Shown: in pieces, positions 9,812 through 20,073 of the stretch
Layout: each line of letters starts with the position of its first letter
Position numbering within the stretch: position 1 is the first letter of the stretch
Origin: Candidatus Bathyarchaeota archaeon
GTDB lineage: Archaea > Thermoproteota > Bathyarchaeia > Bathyarchaeales > DTEX01
NCBI GenBank assembly: GCA_963714275.1
Contig: CAVQNT010000006.1
Coordinates: 364,149-428,148 of the forward strand
Direction: 5' to 3'
Length of the DNA: 64,000 nt
Program-made: the position numbers and the translations under genes
Notes under the pieces: model-generated
What the model was told of the DNA's origin: nothing
Seen by the model: the letters and a program-made list of their open reading frames with translations, nothing else
The model's database searches: none

Positions 9812-10793
9812 TTAACGATACGGGTATCTTCCGTATTTTTGCCCCGTTTTCGACAAGGTTACCGCGTTGACGGGCGGGACTCCCTTGTAGATGCAGTTGC
9901 TTGTGGTCAGAAAGTATCCTCCTCCGGGAGATGCATCTCTTATGCATTGTTTTGCTTCTTCCGCGACCTGTTCAGGTGTCCCGTAAGCCATCGTCGTGGC
10001 TGCGTCCACATTTCCGCAGAGAGCCAACTTGTCGCCATAATGTTGTTTAACCTCAGCCAGCTTCATGCCTGCGCTCGGGTCCACGCTGTGCAGCGCGTCT
10101 ATTCCGGTTGCCACAAGGTCGTTGATGATGGACCAGATGTAGCCGTCCGTGTGCTTCACAAAGTAGATGCCTTTACTGTGAGCAGCCTCAACCATCTGCC
10201 TAAGGTACGGAAAAACCAAGTCGCGGTAAACCCACAAGGAATAGAAGGGACCCTCCTTAAGGCAGTAGTCTGTGCAGTCGAACACGAGCTCAACCCCAGC
10301 GTCCGCCTGCTCCTTAATGTTTTCGACTGACACTTTGATCATCTCGTCCATCATCTTCCTTAACTCGGTGGATTTCGAATAAATTTGGTGCACGAGGCTA
10401 GCCATGTTTTTGCCATCTGGAATGCCAATGGTTCCCGAGGCTGACCCAGCGATCATGTGGTCAGGCGCGATTTTCCTGAGAATTTTAACCGCCTTGATTG
10501 GATCTGGAACGAACCCGACTCTTATGATGTCATAGCCCATTTTTTTGCAGGTTTCAGCCAAAACGTGCGCGTTGTGTTCTGTGATATCTAAGCCTTTTCC
10601 CCGTTCGGTCATTTCTGCGTCTTGTTTAAGGAAGTCTTTGAAAACCGTTTTTGTCCATTCGTCCGGTTCCGAGCTGATGGCGTAGCCTTCGCCGATTATT
10701 TCCTCGGGATACTGGAACTCGAGCTCAAACATCGGCACACGGTCAGGCTCTTCGAGACTCCAAGGCGCAAATTGCCCTTTCACGCGACTTCAT
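9812..10793 (-). CDS. uroporphyrinogen decarboxylase / MtaA-like family protein
   Basis: EPDRVP, HTDG, LCGNVD, GGGYFL..SN; N-terminal MKSRER recovered by a 1-nt correction at 10757. Confidence 0.85.
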
Positions 10794-10923
10794 CCAAGAC
10801 CCTCAAATGTTGAAGACCCAATAATTGAACTCCGACTATTTTAGTGTTAAGCCATCCAATCAACTATATTGTTAGCTGAAATCCAAAAAAAAGTTTTCTG
10901 GGTTCATGACTATATCTTAAACC

Positions 10924-11989
10924 TTAACTGAAAAATCCCTTCAAAATCCTTAGAGCATTCAATGTGATCCATTTACTTTGTTTACCTCTTTGTTCGAGGT
11001 TCGTGCCGAAGTTTTTGTAAAAAGTTCCTTGAGGAGAAGGAAGGCTTTCCTGTTTCCACCTGCCGTTTTCGTCCTGCTTAGAAATCACTAAATCTATGGC
11101 TTCCTGCATACGTTCATCTCTGTAGCCAAGTTCGGTCAATACCAATAGAACCTCCAACGCATCCGTCTGCCATAAGAGGGGAAAGCCGAATTTCAGCCAG
11201 CTTAGGATTAGATATACGACTTAGATCGTGGCTTCTTTTGTGGACGTGATGCTTGAGCAGGTATTCCGCCCCTTTCTTTATGGTTTTTTTCATGTCCTTG
11301 GACCTTTTATTTGGGGGAATTTCTGCCAACGCCTTCAATGCTTTAACTACGCCCATGTGGCATGTATGTATGGAATGCATCCGAGTGTATCCCCAGCAAT
11401 GTGGGTGACCTTGCCTGTCGTAAGGCCAACCCTTAAGCTCCTCGTCGATTCCGTCGTCGAACCGTTGATACGCAACGATCCATTCGATTCCACGTTGAAC
11501 TCTAGGATCTCCCAAATAACCGAATCTGATTAAGCTCCAAACCATGTTGCCTGTTAAGCAGGGCAACACTCCATCATGTGATCCACCACCTGTTTTAGAC
11601 TTAGATTCAGAAAAACCGCCACTTTCTCTGTCTTGAGAATTTTCGAGAATAAATTCGCAGGCTTTTCTGATGCGTTCGTCCTTTCCTTCCGCTCCCAATT
11701 CTGCAAGAACAATGAGCTGCCAAATTGTCCCCCTGTACTTGGCTGTGTAGAAGTTTTCAGGAGTTTCCCAATGACTGTCGTTCCGTTGCTTAGCCAAAAT
11801 TTTGGGCACAACACCTGTTAACATGATTTCCCGTTTTGCTTCTGTTACTTCAGGATCGTTCTCAGGCTTTTCTAGAATGTTGGTTAAAGCGAAATAACGC
11901 ACGGACGGATTGTCTCTTTCTAGCAGCCACCCCGTTGAATCTCCCTTCAACGCAGACCTCCATTCGCCCATGTTTTTTGGCACATCCAA
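10924..11989 (-). CDS. prenyltransferase/squalene-cyclase-like alpha-toroid protein (frameshift near 11200)
   Basis: WLLE..NPSVRY, YT.KY.GT.W, PCLTGN, KQDENGRW, SKWITL.AL. Confidence 0.7.
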
Positions 11990-12252
11990 GCCTTAGACCA
12001 CGACAAATAAATGGACACTATTAAATATAGAATAAATAGTTATACACGATTTCTCGCCGAGAAAATTTTTTTTTCAATCATTTGACAAGAACTGTAATCT
12101 TGAGGATACCATAAACGTTTCAGAAAAGAATTTTGTTCAAGATTTTTGATTTTTTTGATGAACTAGATTTCGTTTTTTATATCTAGAGTGCTTAAGATTC
12201 AGGATTAGTTTGGTATGAAACCAATGCATAATGAGAATAGCAATTGCATCTA

Positions 12253-12480
12253 TTATTTTATTTGAACAACATTTTTGATGCCTTCAAAGTGGGGGTCTCC
12301 TGTCAGGATTTTTGACTCAGTAATTTTTGACACAGCTGATACGTAAGCGTACGACAGTCCGAAATCCTTCTTGGTCTTCCCCACATTAGCATGTAATGTA
12401 CCTGCATCCCCTGAGACTTCGATGTCAATATCCACGATAACCGAGTTGCCTGTTTGAATATTATAGGCTGTTTCAGCGTT
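12253..12480 (-). pseudogene. PIN-domain (VapC-like) C-terminal remnant
   Basis: FGLS.A...ILTGDPHF; N-terminal half missing. Confidence 0.65.
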
Positions 12481-12521
12481 CCGCCCTTCTCGAATGGTCT
12501 AGCTCGACTGCTGGCTAGCAA

Positions 12522-12821
12522 ATGATCCTAAAAAAACAGGTTGAGCTAACGGTGGGCGATTTGTCAATCGCGAAAGAAAGACAACGCCATAGAGACCTCG
12601 AATGGATCAAGAAGCCAATTAACAATGATTCAGACGTCACTATCGGAGACCTCTCTATCGCACAAAAAGATAACAGGGGCTTAGACGAGTCTCACGAGGA
12701 TCCAAAAGCAAGCGACATAAAACCGTGTACGTCGGAATCTCAGAGACTTCAATGGGAACTTAATAAAGATTGGCGAGAGAAGCAACAAAAAGTTCAAGGG
12801 ATAAAAGTCGGCAACAGATAG
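12522..12821 (+). CDS. hypothetical protein with duplicated T(V/I)GDLSIA motif
   Basis: VELTVGDLSIAKE and SDVTIGDLSIAQK. Confidence 0.5.
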   Translation: MILKKQVELTVGDLSIAKERQRHRDLEWIKKPINNDSDVTIGDLSIAQKDNRGLDESHEDPKASDIKPCTSESQRLQWELNKDWREKQQKVQGIKVGNR

Positions 12822-12982
12822 ACCCTTGAAATCCTGATTAACGAAGACTCTCTTATCCGCTAAATACCTTAGAGGCGAACGACAGACTTGGATTCTTAGA
12901 ATAGTAGAGCCTTTTGCTAGTGTTAGAAATAAACTAATAAATCATAATATATAGTCAATTCAAATTTATAATAGGGAAGATT

Positions 12983-14365
12983 ATGTTAAAAAATACCTCC
13001 ATCTACAATTTTAAAAGCATACAAAAAATAGAAACCTTGGAGCTTAAACCTTTAACTATACTAACGGGTGTCAACTCGTCAGGAAAAAGCAACATATTAG
13101 AAGCTTTATCTTTTTTTGCTCAAGCATCGCGATTTCGTGAAGTTTTTCCCGATCGTAGACCAACCATGGAAGCTGTTTTTGTGGATAGTGAAATGAAAAG
13201 GTATCCGATCGAGATAGGAAAATTCATTGTCTTCAAGGGGAATGCAAATAACTCGGTGACACTGGAAATTTCCACTGGATTGATTGATCCACTTGCTGAC
13301 TATATTGGAGAGAAATTAGAAACAATCAAGAAAGCAGTTATTGTTTTCCCTAAAGGAATTACTAGAATAATTCAAAAATCATTACTCGAGACAGTCGGCT
13401 ATTCTATCTCATTTAAACTATCTACCCCAATATCTTATTCACAAAGAATTTTAATTAATGGAGATACATTAATCGAAATAAATCAAATCTTGGGGGAAAC
13501 TCCTGCCAGAGTAATTTTTCCTAAGGGTTTTGAGCAAACACAAGTTTTGTCTCAATTGAATGAGGTTTTCAATACTGAAGTATTTAGGCTACAAAAAGCT
13601 GATCCTCAAATTGATTTATTTGAGCTCACTGTTCTTTTTGATATTGCTCGTTCAATCCTTGAATATATCAAAAGTATTGCAGAAAAAATCTATTTCATAT
13701 CTGGAGAAAGAGGTCAAATAAACGCAGAGGAGCGTATTAGGGATGACCAACGAGGGTTTCCACCATCTTGGATAGGTTTTAAAGGTCAACACTTAATGGA
13801 AATTCTATCTCGTTGTCATATACGCGACCCTGAGAAGTTCAGAAGAATTCAAGAATGGGGAGAGAAATTTCAGCTCTCTAATATCAGAGCAGGCTATACG
13901 GAAAGGAACATACTCGAATCCCAGTTTCTTGACGATACTATAGGAGTTAGCTTAAATTCTGCTTTGGCAGGACTTGGCTCTAGACAAATTTTATCAGTAA
14001 TCACTCAGATCTTTTGGTCTGAACCAGATAGTCTTATCATGATAGAAGAACCCGAAATTAGTCTTCATCCGAAGAACCAAGTATTGCTACACGAATTGTT
14101 TGCTGAAGCAATCTCAGAAGGAAAACAGATCATTTGTTCAACACATAGCCCATTCTTTATACTAGCCTTATCGAAGATAATTAAGAAAAAGCTACTGAAT
14201 CTTGATGACGTTGCTGTATATCATATAAAGAAGGATTCCAAAGGAACATGTGTCGAACCAATGTCATTAAACAAACATGGATTCATAAAAAAGGGAGTAC
14301 CTAACTTCATGGAAGTTGAAGAGGATTTATTCAAGGATTGGTCTGAAACTCTAGAGGAAAAGTAA
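12983..14365 (+). CDS. ABC/SMC-like ATPase (AAA_15/AAA_21 type)
   Basis: NFKS, Walker A GVNSSGKS, signature-like AGLGSRQ, Walker B IEEPEISLHP, STHS; low GC. Confidence 0.9.
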   Translation: MLKNTSIYNFKSIQKIETLELKPLTILTGVNSSGKSNILEALSFFAQASRFREVFPDRRPTMEAVFVDSEMKRYPIEIGKFIVFKGNANNSVTLEISTGLIDPLADYIGEKLETIKKAVIVFPKGITRIIQKSLLETVGYSISFKLSTPISYSQRILINGDTLIEINQILGETPARVIFPKGFEQTQVLSQLNEVFNTEVFRLQKADPQIDLFELTVLFDIARSILEYIKSIAEKIYFISGERGQINAEERIRDDQRGFPPSWIGFKGQHLMEILSRCHIRDPEKFRRIQEWGEKFQLSNIRAGYTERNILESQFLDDTIGVSLNSALAGLGSRQILSVITQIFWSEPDSLIMIEEPEISLHPKNQVLLHELFAEAISEGKQIICSTHSPFFILALSKIIKKKLLNLDDVAVYHIKKDSKGTCVEPMSLNKHGFIKKGVPNFMEVEEDLFKDWSETLEEK

Positions 14366-14366
14366 C

Positions 14367-14802
14367 TTGTCCTATATTCTAATTGATACTTGTGTCTTCC
14401 TAAGATTGCCAGCTGATTATAGACAAGCGTTCGAATGTTTCATGGTAACTTCCGATGTGATTGCTATAACGAAGGGGATTCTTAATGAGTATAAGTCTCG
14501 AGCATATACAAGCAAAATAATCCTACAAGCGTTTTTTCAAGCATTGGAGGCAAAGGACAAACTGAAATTCTTCAATCGAAGCTATATTGAATCTCGTATA
14601 AATCGATATCATAGAACCGTAAATTATCCTGTCCATAAACGCGATAAAAAATGGATCAATGTAGCCATTGCAATTAAAAGCTACTTACATCATAAGTACT
14701 AACAGTCATCTACTAGATATTTCTCCAATTAAGATTAATGAAAAATTCGTGGAGACAGTTTTGCCTTCTCAATATACTGAAATACGTTGTCCTAGCTCCT
14801 AA
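14367..14802 (+). CDS. PIN-domain protein coupled to the ATPase (frameshift near 14678)
   Basis: ILIDTCV, ILNEY, RDKKWINVA, corrected YIISTNSHLL; starts 1 nt after the ATPase stop. Confidence 0.7.
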
Positions 14803-14957
14803 CTTGTCTACATACACAAAGTTGGGTATCTTATATTCTCGTGTATGTGTCTGTCTCTCTCTGTGTGCACTGTGTGTCACTCTGTATAGTGTGAGAGAGA
14901 GCGCGATAGCGCGTGAGAACGTTATTGCGTGCGTGTGCGGGAGCAAGGGGAAAAAGG

Positions 14958-14983
14958 TTAAAATTTAATCCCTAAGCCTAAAC
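14958..14983 (-). repeat. TTAAAwTTTAA + G/T-tract motif, copy 3
   Basis: TTAAAATTTAATCCCTAAGCCTAAAC. Confidence 0.5.
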
Positions 14984-15144
14984 TCTCTACAAAACCAGCG
15001 AAGCATAAATCATGTGATTTTACGGTTGTATGTCCATCAGCTATAAAAATCTAAAAACACAAAATTCTCTTCAGTCATTTTTATGGGTCAAACATTCTGA
15101 ACCTATTTGAAGAGTTCATATGTTGAAATTAAATAGTTTCCAGA

Positions 15145-15435
15145 TTGTATATACACTGTATATACAGTTTAAGGAGAAACAAAAAAATAAGGCAGGTTTT
15201 CAGCATAAGAATCAACCCGGAAGTGTGGATGGCAGCCCATAAAAAAGGCTTAAATATCAGCCAGATTTGTGAACAGACCCTGAAAACAGCAGTTCAAAAG
15301 GGAGGAAACCTCGGAACCGTAGGTTCTGGATGGTGGACTGGGGGGGATTTGAACCCCCGACCTCCTGAGTGCAAGTCAGGCGTTCATGCCAGGCTGAACT
15401 ACCAGCCCAGTGCGTGTAACAGTTTCTGTCATTAA
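15145..15435 (+). pseudogene. CcdA/RHH-like ORF reading into the antisense tRNA; possible int(N) fragment
   Basis: SIRINPEVW..A.KKGLNISQICE..L, followed by tRNA-derived WWTGGDLNPRPP. Confidence 0.5.
15331..15408 (-). tRNA. tRNA-Ala(TGC), CCA encoded
   Basis: GGGCTGG/CCAGTCC acceptor with G3:U70, CCTGA-CTTGCAC-TCAGG anticodon arm, GGTTCAAATCC T-arm. Confidence 0.97.
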
Positions 15436-15512
15436 AGGCTGAAACGGGCTATTTTAGGTTTTATGATGGTGTGCGCGAAAAGTTTTTTATGCTACATTAG
15501 ACAGTCTCGTTC

Positions 15513-16580
15513 TTGGTGTTTAGTGTGAAGGCGAAGAAGATTTTTTTCCCACAGCCCCAACGGGCGGAAATCGTTGAGTACGAACTGGACGAGGCTCCGG
15601 GCGAGTATGAGCTGCTTGTGCAAACCTTGTATTCGATTGTGAGCTCTGGAACGGAAGGAGCAAACTTCGCTAGATACGACCTTGAAAGCATAGACAGCAA
15701 CTCGTGGATGAAGAATCCTGGCTACGGAAACGTGGGCAAAGTCTTAGCCATCGGAAAAAAAGTTAAGGATTTCAAGGTAGGCGACCTCGTGTTCAGCACC
15801 GAAAGACACTGTTCCAACTACATGATTGACACGCGATACGATCCTTCGAGGTATTCACTTTTCATGACAAAGGTTCCCGAACAGTTGGACCCCCTGAAGG
15901 CTGTTTTTGCCCGTATCGTGGATGTTTCCATGAGTGCAATCCGCCAAGCAGACCTCGGGATGGGAGACACCGTTCTCGTAATAGGACTCGGTATGGTCGG
16001 GAACTTCGCCACCCAACTGTTTCAGCTGGCTGGAGCAGACGTTTTAGCCGTTGACCTCGTTGATTTTCGCATTGAATGTGCAAAACAGTGCAGCATAAAA
16101 AAGACCATGAATTCGCGGAATTGGGACGATCTGAAAAAGGCGGTGATGGAGTGGACGGACGGTAAGGGAGCCCAAATCGTGGTCGAAGCCATAGGCTACT
16201 CGCCTGTTATCGCTAAGGCAGTGGGTTTCGCACGTTCTCATGGTGAAGTCATACTTCTCGGCAGCCCACGAGGCGAAGCGGTGATGGATGTGACTCCAAT
16301 GCTTTCCGACGTTCACCTTCGGCACGTGACGATTAAGGGCGGGTTGGAGTGGCTGTGGTCGGTTCCTGAAAGTCCGCTTTATCATCCAAGCCGATTTACG
16401 AAAATGGGCAACTTGAAGCTGATTTTCTCTTACCTCAAGTCTGGAGCTCTCGTCACGGAACCTCTTTTGACCCACATTGTTCCACCTGAAAAGTGCCAAG
16501 AAGTCTATGAAGGATTAGCGGGAGGCATAAAAGGAACCCTGAAAACCACGTACCTAGGCGTGGTCTACGATTGGACTTAG
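15513..16580 (+). CDS. zinc-binding alcohol dehydrogenase (MDR) family
   Basis: S.GTE, GY.NVG, GLGMVG Rossmann motif. Confidence 0.88.
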   Translation: MVFSVKAKKIFFPQPQRAEIVEYELDEAPGEYELLVQTLYSIVSSGTEGANFARYDLESIDSNSWMKNPGYGNVGKVLAIGKKVKDFKVGDLVFSTERHCSNYMIDTRYDPSRYSLFMTKVPEQLDPLKAVFARIVDVSMSAIRQADLGMGDTVLVIGLGMVGNFATQLFQLAGADVLAVDLVDFRIECAKQCSIKKTMNSRNWDDLKKAVMEWTDGKGAQIVVEAIGYSPVIAKAVGFARSHGEVILLGSPRGEAVMDVTPMLSDVHLRHVTIKGGLEWLWSVPESPLYHPSRFTKMGNLKLIFSYLKSGALVTEPLLTHIVPPEKCQEVYEGLAGGIKGTLKTTYLGVVYDWT

Positions 16581-16626
16581 GTTTCAACTCATTGCCCACA
16601 TTTTTTTTGGAGAAAACAAGCTGAAA

Positions 16627-17482
16627 ATGTCGCAAAGTTCAACAGACAAAGAGCTAACAGCTTGTCTGAAAAAGGTTTTTTCGAGCATCAATTGGGACAT
16701 GGATAGTTTAGAGCCTTTCCTCAAAGCCGTAGGCATAATGAATCCAAACGGAAAGCTGTATGCGGAACGGGAAAAAAAGTTATACGAAGTCATCTACTTT
16801 TCAAGCCACATTGCCTTATGCGTTGACAAAATTTCGCGAAAGCGAGACACGGTTATGTTGGACTGCGGCTGCGGACGCTCATACCTTCCGTTCTTCCTGA
16901 ATTATGTTCTAAAGGAAAAACGGAGAAACGTATCGTACATGGGTGTCGACGCAAACGCAAAGCTTGTTGAAAAGTCGGTTCAAACAGCAAAAGTCCTAGG
17001 CTATATAAATATGGAATTTTTTAAAAGCAGCATAATCGGGTTCGAACCGAAACAAGAACCAAACATCGTGTGTGCACTTCACGCGTGCGACACTGCTACT
17101 GACGAAGCTATAACTAAAGGCGTAGAACTGAACGCAAGGTTCATCGTCGCCGCGCCTTGTTGTCAACGCCAAATCGTTAGGCAGCTGAAATAATGTCTCA
17201 GAAAAGGTTCCGCAAATAAAACCGTTTGTCGACTCAAAGATTTCTAAAGAGTACGTTGGCGTCGCTCTCACCGAAACATTAAGGAAACTCGCGCTTGAAG
17301 GCTTCGGCTACAAAGTGGACATGTTCGAATTCGTGTCCATGCAGTACACTCCCAAAAATATCATGCTTCGCGCAGAAAAAATCCGAGGATGGAACGCTGC
17401 AGTTTTAAAAGAATTCCAAGACCTTAGAGACTACTTCAACCTTAAACCAAAAATCCAAGAATATCTGCCCCAACTAAAATAA
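16627..17482 (+). CDS. SAM-dependent methyltransferase (frameshift near 17190)
   Basis: LDCGCGRSY, ALHACDTATD, APCC; second frame gives FEFV..YTPKNIMLRA. Confidence 0.85.
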
Positions 17483-17502
17483 ATAGAGACCATTTCGATG
17501 GA

Positions 17503-17605
17503 GGCCGCTGCTGGGATTTGAACCCAGCCTCCAGGCTCCACAGGCCTGTTCGCTACCAGGTTCCGTGGAATTTTGCTTAAGATTTTCCTCTACGTTACAG
17601 CGGCC
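17503..17605 (-). tRNA. tRNA-His(GTG) with encoded G-1 and a 29-nt D-loop intron (17561-17589)
   Basis: G-GCCGCTG/CAGCGGC-C acceptor, CAGGC-CTGTGGA-GCCTG, CTGGG-TTCAAAT-CCCAG; intron removal restores the AGCCTGGTA D-loop. Confidence 0.9.
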
Positions 17606-17692
17606 ACATACTACTTTCAGTTTAACTTGGTTGTGTATTCCAGATGTTAGCCTTTAATATCAATGTTGATTATATAGGTTTGGCGGTTTTGG

Positions 17693-18151
17693 ATGAGCGA
17701 GGTTTCCGAGGCTGAGATTGAGTCCCAGCTTAAGGGAAAAACCCTTCTAGTCTACTGGTTTCTGCTTAAATCTCATGAGTCGCCGGTCGGCGTCCGCGAG
17801 ATTCAGCGTGGACTTGGGTTTTCGAGCCCCAGCGTTTCCGCTCATCATTTGAACAAGCTTCATTCTTTAGGATTGGTCGAAAAGACGATTCAGGGAGAGT
17901 ACATTCTGGCACGCGAGGTAAAAGTCGGCGTGTTAAGATTTTTTACGAGATTTGGGAAGTTCATGGTTCCCCGTTACCTTTTCTACTCAGTGTGGTTCTC
18001 CACGATGTTTCTGGTTTATCTGATTCTCTGTTTCACATTGTACGGTTACAGCGGCAGCATACATAACCTCGTAGCCATCATTTTCGGATTTGCTGCGTGC
18101 GCTATATTGTGGTACGAGACGGTCAGGCTGTGGAAAGAAAAACCTGCGTAA
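17693..18151 (+). CDS. membrane-anchored wHTH regulator
   Basis: GVREIQRGLGFSSPSVS.HHL.KL plus two C-terminal hydrophobic helices. Confidence 0.8.
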   Translation: MSEVSEAEIESQLKGKTLLVYWFLLKSHESPVGVREIQRGLGFSSPSVSAHHLNKLHSLGLVEKTIQGEYILAREVKVGVLRFFTRFGKFMVPRYLFYSVWFSTMFLVYLILCFTLYGYSGSIHNLVAIIFGFAACAILWYETVRLWKEKPA

Positions 18152-18219
18152 AACTAATCCGAAACATTATATCTTTAGATTCCCATTTTGCTGTCAGAAC
18201 GAAAAGAAGGTTGATTTGA

Positions 18220-19005
18220 ATGAAGTTGTCTGTTCAAGAAAACCTTGTTCCCGGAAAAACCATTCCTGAAAAACTCCGCAGCATCGAAAAGTATGGATAC
18301 GAAGGAGTCGAAGTTAGCTGCGGCGTGATGCCCCAAAAATTCGATGAAATAAAAAAATCGTTGCCTTCCTCAAAGATTAAGTTCTCAACTGTGTGCGGAA
18401 CACCAAACGGTCTCCTCGGACCGGACAGAAAAACGCGTGAAGCAGCGATAGAAGGAACGAAAAGTCTGCTAAAAATGTGCGCTGACCTTGACGGCGTAGG
18501 TGTCATATGCGCCCCGATTTTTGGAGGTCCCCAAATATCGGACTTGTATCCTTGGCAGCCCGATGTTAGGCAGCTCGAGAAAAACATTCTCGTGGAAGAG
18601 TTCAAGATTCTAGGCAAGACCGCTGACGACTTAGGCGTCTACTTGATGTTGGAGCCGCTCAACCGTTACGAAACCCACCTCGTCAACAGGCTTGAACAGG
18701 CAGTCGAAATAATCGGAGAAGTTAACAGGGAACATGTCCAGATTATGGCGGACTTCTTTCACATGAGCATCGAGGAAGCGGACATCACCTCCAGCATAGA
18801 AGCAACCTCAAACCACATTATCCACATTCACCTCGCGGACAGCAACAGGCTGCTTCCAGGACACGGACATACAGATTTCGAAAAACCGTTTCAAGCCCTC
18901 AAGAAGGCTGAATTCAAATATTATATGGCTTTGGAATGCGGTGTCCCCGGAGACCCTAATATAACTTTGCCTGAATGCACAAAATTCCTTAGGCGCTTCA
19001 TGTAA
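18220..19005 (+). CDS. sugar phosphate isomerase/epimerase (TIM barrel)
   Basis: LEPLNRYE, DFFHM, HIHLADSNR..PG.GH.DF. Confidence 0.9.
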   Translation: MKLSVQENLVPGKTIPEKLRSIEKYGYEGVEVSCGVMPQKFDEIKKSLPSSKIKFSTVCGTPNGLLGPDRKTREAAIEGTKSLLKMCADLDGVGVICAPIFGGPQISDLYPWQPDVRQLEKNILVEEFKILGKTADDLGVYLMLEPLNRYETHLVNRLEQAVEIIGEVNREHVQIMADFFHMSIEEADITSSIEATSNHIIHIHLADSNRLLPGHGHTDFEKPFQALKKAEFKYYMALECGVPGDPNITLPECTKFLRRFM

Positions 19006-19022
19006 AGTTATGGAGGAATGAC

Positions 19023-20036
19023 GTGGTGGCTGACAAACTTCGAGTCGGATTCGTGGGTTGCGGAGGAATCGCTGAATCTCATCTCAAAGGACTCGTCAAC
19101 AACCCGTTTGTGATGCTTTCAGCGTTTTGCGACGTTAACCTTGAACGAGCTAAAACCGTGGCACAAAAATACGACCAAGGAGCATCAGTCTACAATAACG
19201 CAGAAGCCATGTTCAACGCAGTCGAGCTTGATGTTGCATATTTCTGTGTGCCACCCTTCGCTCACGGCGTAGAATATAAGGCGATTGAACGCAGCATTCC
19301 GTTTTTTGTTGAGAAACCCCTTCACTTGGACCTTAATCAGGCGAAACTCATCGCTTCCGCGGCAGCAAAAAAAGGGATTCTTACAAGCGTTGGCTACATG
19401 AACCGTTACCGAAAAGGCGTGCAGAGAGTCCGAGATGTGCTTAAAGAGGACCCACCGATTCTTCTGCTCGGGGGCTGGATAAGCGGTTCACCAAAATTCG
19501 ATTCTTCTGCTCCAATTTTTGGCTGGTGGGTCGAAAAAACCAAAAGCGGAGGACAAATTCACGAGCAGGTGACGCACACGTTTGACCTTGCACGTTTCTT
19601 CTGCGGAGAAGTCTCGGAGGTTCATGCCTTTCCCGCTAAGGGCTTCAACAAGGGAACGCCACCAAACTACACAATCGAGGACGCAAGTGTGGTTAACCTG
19701 AAATTCCGCAACGGAGCAGTCGGCAACCTTTGGGCTTCATGCTCAACCAACGCTGGAGACGGCGAAATTAGTTTAAGGATTTTCGCTTTTAGGACGACTG
19801 CTTTGTTTACGAAGTGGGAGCACAACCTGAGGCTGCTTCAGGTGGACAAGTGGCACGAAGAGTATCCGGGCGAACCAAACATCTTCGAAATTGAGGACAA
19901 CAGTTTCATAGATGCCGTCCGCTTAAACGATGCCTCAAAGATACTATGTCCATACTCCGACGGATTGAAGACACTTGAAGTCACATTAGCAGTCAACACT
20001 TCGATGGAAACGGGACAGCCAGTCAAAATATCTTAA
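19023..20036 (+). CDS. Gfo/Idh/MocA oxidoreductase
   Basis: GCGGIA, EKP, SGG...EQ.TH..D. Confidence 0.9.
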   Translation: MVADKLRVGFVGCGGIAESHLKGLVNNPFVMLSAFCDVNLERAKTVAQKYDQGASVYNNAEAMFNAVELDVAYFCVPPFAHGVEYKAIERSIPFFVEKPLHLDLNQAKLIASAAAKKGILTSVGYMNRYRKGVQRVRDVLKEDPPILLLGGWISGSPKFDSSAPIFGWWVEKTKSGGQIHEQVTHTFDLARFFCGEVSEVHAFPAKGFNKGTPPNYTIEDASVVNLKFRNGAVGNLWASCSTNAGDGEISLRIFAFRTTALFTKWEHNLRLLQVDKWHEEYPGEPNIFEIEDNSFIDAVRLNDASKILCPYSDGLKTLEVTLAVNTSMETGQPVKIS

Positions 20037-20073
20037 AAGAATTTCAACAAAAATTTTTACTATTCTTAATAAA

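Noticed and set aside
10924-11989. Nitrogenase NifH (a label often attached to this family)
   Set aside because: No P-loop or NifH cysteine motifs; the sequence fits an alpha-toroid prenyltransferase-like fold.
14713-14968. ORFs 14713-14946 (-) and 14738-14968 (+)
   Set aside because: They arise from the low-complexity dinucleotide tract and overlap the corrected PIN gene end.
17185-17200. Stop-codon readthrough or recoding (also at 25472 and 42744)
   Set aside because: Downstream homology continues in a different frame, so these are indels and not Sec/Pyl recoding.
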